Assembly: GCA_035221665.1 (NCBI GenBank)
Contig: CM069151.1
Span: forward strand, 34,100,001 to 34,164,000
DNA from: Okamejei kenojei
Taxonomy: Eukaryota
DNA: 64,000 bases
Reading direction: 5' to 3'
The notes beneath the pieces are model-generated. The model was not told the origin of the DNA, did not search any database, and was given only the letters and a program-made list of their open reading frames with translations. The translations under genes were made by a program, and so were the position numbers. Shown here piece after piece: positions 1 through 64,000 of this stretch (position 1 is its first letter; every line of letters starts with the position of its first letter).

Positions 1-521
1 GGATAAGCAGGGGACGGAGAGATGTGGATCATGTGCGGACAGTTAATCATGGCAATATGACCAGCATAGACATTGTGGGCTGAAGGGCCTTGATTCTGTG
101 CCGTGCTGTTCCATGTTCTAAGTAATTTTGGGACCATTTGTGCACATCATCATGTCGCTCCACTGACATAAGCAGTCCTGCACAGATCTAGCTCCCACCA
201 CGGTCCCACACAGAACTGGAGAAGATTCTGACTCTGGATGTAAACTGCTAGCACTGGATGGAATTTGCCTCAATAATTCATCTGCATATGGGGAGAAGGC
301 AGGAACGGGGTACTGATTGTGGATGATCAGCCATGATCACATTAAATGGCGGTGCTGGCTCGAGGGGCCGAATGGCCTACTCCTGCACCTATTGCCTATT
401 GTGTATTGTCTATAACATAGATTAATCTCCTCCCGTGTTCCTGGGCACCCTATGGGCCACTCTGCCTCTTAATGAGCAGTAGGTCCCAGGGACTTTCTAC
501 TGACATTAATTGGTTACTCAC

Positions 522-62004
<61,483 letters not shown>

Positions 62005-63069
62005 CTGGGAAGGAAGCAGAATGTTCAGAAAGCACACGGCTGCTGAGAGAAGGGACAAGAACAAATTACTGGGTGTGGAGCACAGGTTCCCTAACCTCCA
62101 TGCCTGGAAGGGAAGTGAGAATGTGCATTAATGCCTCACCTGAAAAACGCCACTTCTGACACAACAGAGTGACCCAATGGGTTCTTCGGAGGGCAGGACT
62201 CCGTCAGTCCTGTACTGGGAGCGTGAGCCTGGTTTACGGGCTGACATCCCAAATGAGACTTGGAGGCGCAAGCTACTGATTCAGAACTGGAACGGTCCTC
62301 TACCCTGCCATATCTGATGGTTTCAAATTTTATTTACTTTTTCAGTAACTGCTGCAGCTCTCTGAGGGTGTGTTCAGTAAAATAGACGAGGCAGAAGAAG
62401 TGGTTGTGGTGTATTTGGTTTGCCAAAGACATTTCAATGACGTCTTGTGCAGGTGGTTGGTTAACAAGATCTGAAAGCACTGAATGGGCGGGGGAGTGGG
62501 AGTGGAGAGCAACATAATGACATGGGTTGAGGTCTGGTTTTGAACAAAAGGGTGGGAATAAACAGATCTATCTCAGGTTGAGCTCTGGCCCTGAATGTTC
62601 ATGATATAGGCAGTTGGCTAGGTGGACCCAAGTCACATTTCCAAGTTTGTAGATGGCACAGAACCAGAGAGAGTTGTGAGCGGGATGGGTGCGTAAAGAG
62701 GCTTCCGGGGGATACAGGCAGACTGAGTGGGCGAGAACATGGCAAATACAATATGCCCCGTGGGAAAATATCTACGGTGCAGCACAAAACAGAAGATTTT
62801 TTTGAACGGTGACAGATTGAGTAATGTTTATATTTAAAGGGAACTGGATATCCTTGTACACTTGCCACTGAAAGCCAACAAATCGTTGCAACAAATAAAT
62901 CAAGGGATAACGGACAGTGCAGAGAAATGGAGACGAGGTTGAATATCAGCCATGATTGAATGCATGGCAGAGCATTCTGTGAGTGTGTGGGCACGCAGAC
63001 CATTATGCTGGTATGTCCTACGTTCTCAAGGCTAAAGAGACGGAGAGAACAATCAAGGAGTTAAAGTAT

Positions 63070-63625
63070 AAACACAAAAAGCTGGAGTAACGATTGTTTC
63101 GCAGAACACCTTCGCTCAACCCACCTGAACCCACCTGATCTCCCAGTCGCCGGACACTTTAATTCTCCTTCCCATTTTCACAGACCTTTCCTTTCCAGGT
63201 CTCCTCCATTGTCAGAGTGAAGCAAAATGCAAATTGGAGGAACAGCATCTCATATTTCGCTAGGGCAGCTCACAGCCCAGTGGTATGATATTGATTTCTC
63301 TCACTTCAGGTAGCCCCTGCATTTCCTCTCTATCCCTCCTCCACCCAAGTCGCACTAGCTTCTCGTTTTCACTCTACATACAGCTAACAACGGCCTGTTT
63401 CCTTTATTATCGTTACTTTTTTACATATCTTTTATTCATTGTTCTTTATCTCTCCACAGATTCGTCTATATCTCTCGTTTCCCTTATCACTAACCAGTCT
63501 GAAGAAGGGTCTCGACCCGAAACGTCACCCGTTCCTTCTCCCCAGAGATGCTGCCCGTCCCGCTGAGTTACTCCAAATGTTTGTGTCTATCTTCGGTTTA
63601 AACCAGCTTTGGCAGTTCCTCACTA
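63070..63625 (+). mobile_element. Penelope-like (Neptune-type) element 3' fragment: GIY-YIG C-terminus plus pLTR with hammerhead-like core
   Basis: FAEHLRS..LPVAGHFNSPSH..KLEEQHLIFR*GSSQPSG (decayed), then CTGAAGAAGGGTCTCGACCCGAAACGTC at 63499-63526. Confidence 0.8.
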
Positions 63626-64000
63626 CACAAGGAGTTAAAGTAAACTGGTAACAGACCTGAGTTCGACCACACATGGAGTGCTGTGTACAATTCTGGTGTC
63701 CACATCACAGACAGAATGTAGAAGATTGCAGAAAGTGGGAAGAAGAATTACAAGGATGCTCCTGGACGTCAGGCACAGTCTGGATATCTTCCCTTAAAAA
63801 GTAAAAGCTGAGAAGGTGACATAACAGTATGATAGAGAAGTTTAAGAATAGTTGTACTTGTATGGATGAGCAAGACGAAAGGCTATCAATACCGAACGGT
63901 CAGCAAACGTTGAATGCAGCATTTGGAAGGAACATCCTTACCTTGAGGACTGTGAGAAATTGAGTTTGCAGATGCATCGAGCGATTGAGGGAAATAGCAC

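Noticed and set aside
63930-64000. Donor-like cttac suggesting a further upstream exon at the window end
   Set aside because: It lies within a decayed CR1 3' fragment and gives no convincing coding frame.

Overview
Intron-rich vertebrate genomic DNA, almost certainly from a cartilaginous fish (probably a skate/ray, judging by HE1/V-SINEs, CR1 LINEs and shark-type Penelope remnants). The whole window lies inside one minus-strand gene. I traced 35 GT-AG exons by hand; all splice phases are compatible and together they give about 6.2 kb (about 2,075 codons) of open frame, with both gene ends outside the window. Exons 5-35 encode 20 complete VWC (chordin-like) repeats plus half of a 21st, colinear with Kielin/chordin-like protein (KCP). 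Exons 1-4, directly upstream of the VWC array, encode a block that is not part of the KCP architecture I know. In order, it contains EGF, an atypical Kunitz domain, a GACC-type module split by G-[YF]-[DN]-x-x repeats, a half VWC, a tyrosinase-fold domain retaining only 2 of 6 copper histidines, more G-[YF]-[DN]-x-x repeats, and an invertebrate-style Cys module. This block starts and ends in phase 1 and is 2,628 nt long, so it could be included or skipped in frame. The introns also hold a near-perfect 90-bp hairpin, two promoter-like elements, Penelope-derived minimal hammerhead motifs, a teleost-like L2 fragment and several MITEs. No database searches were run, so homology calls come from recalled motifs and novelty is unverified.
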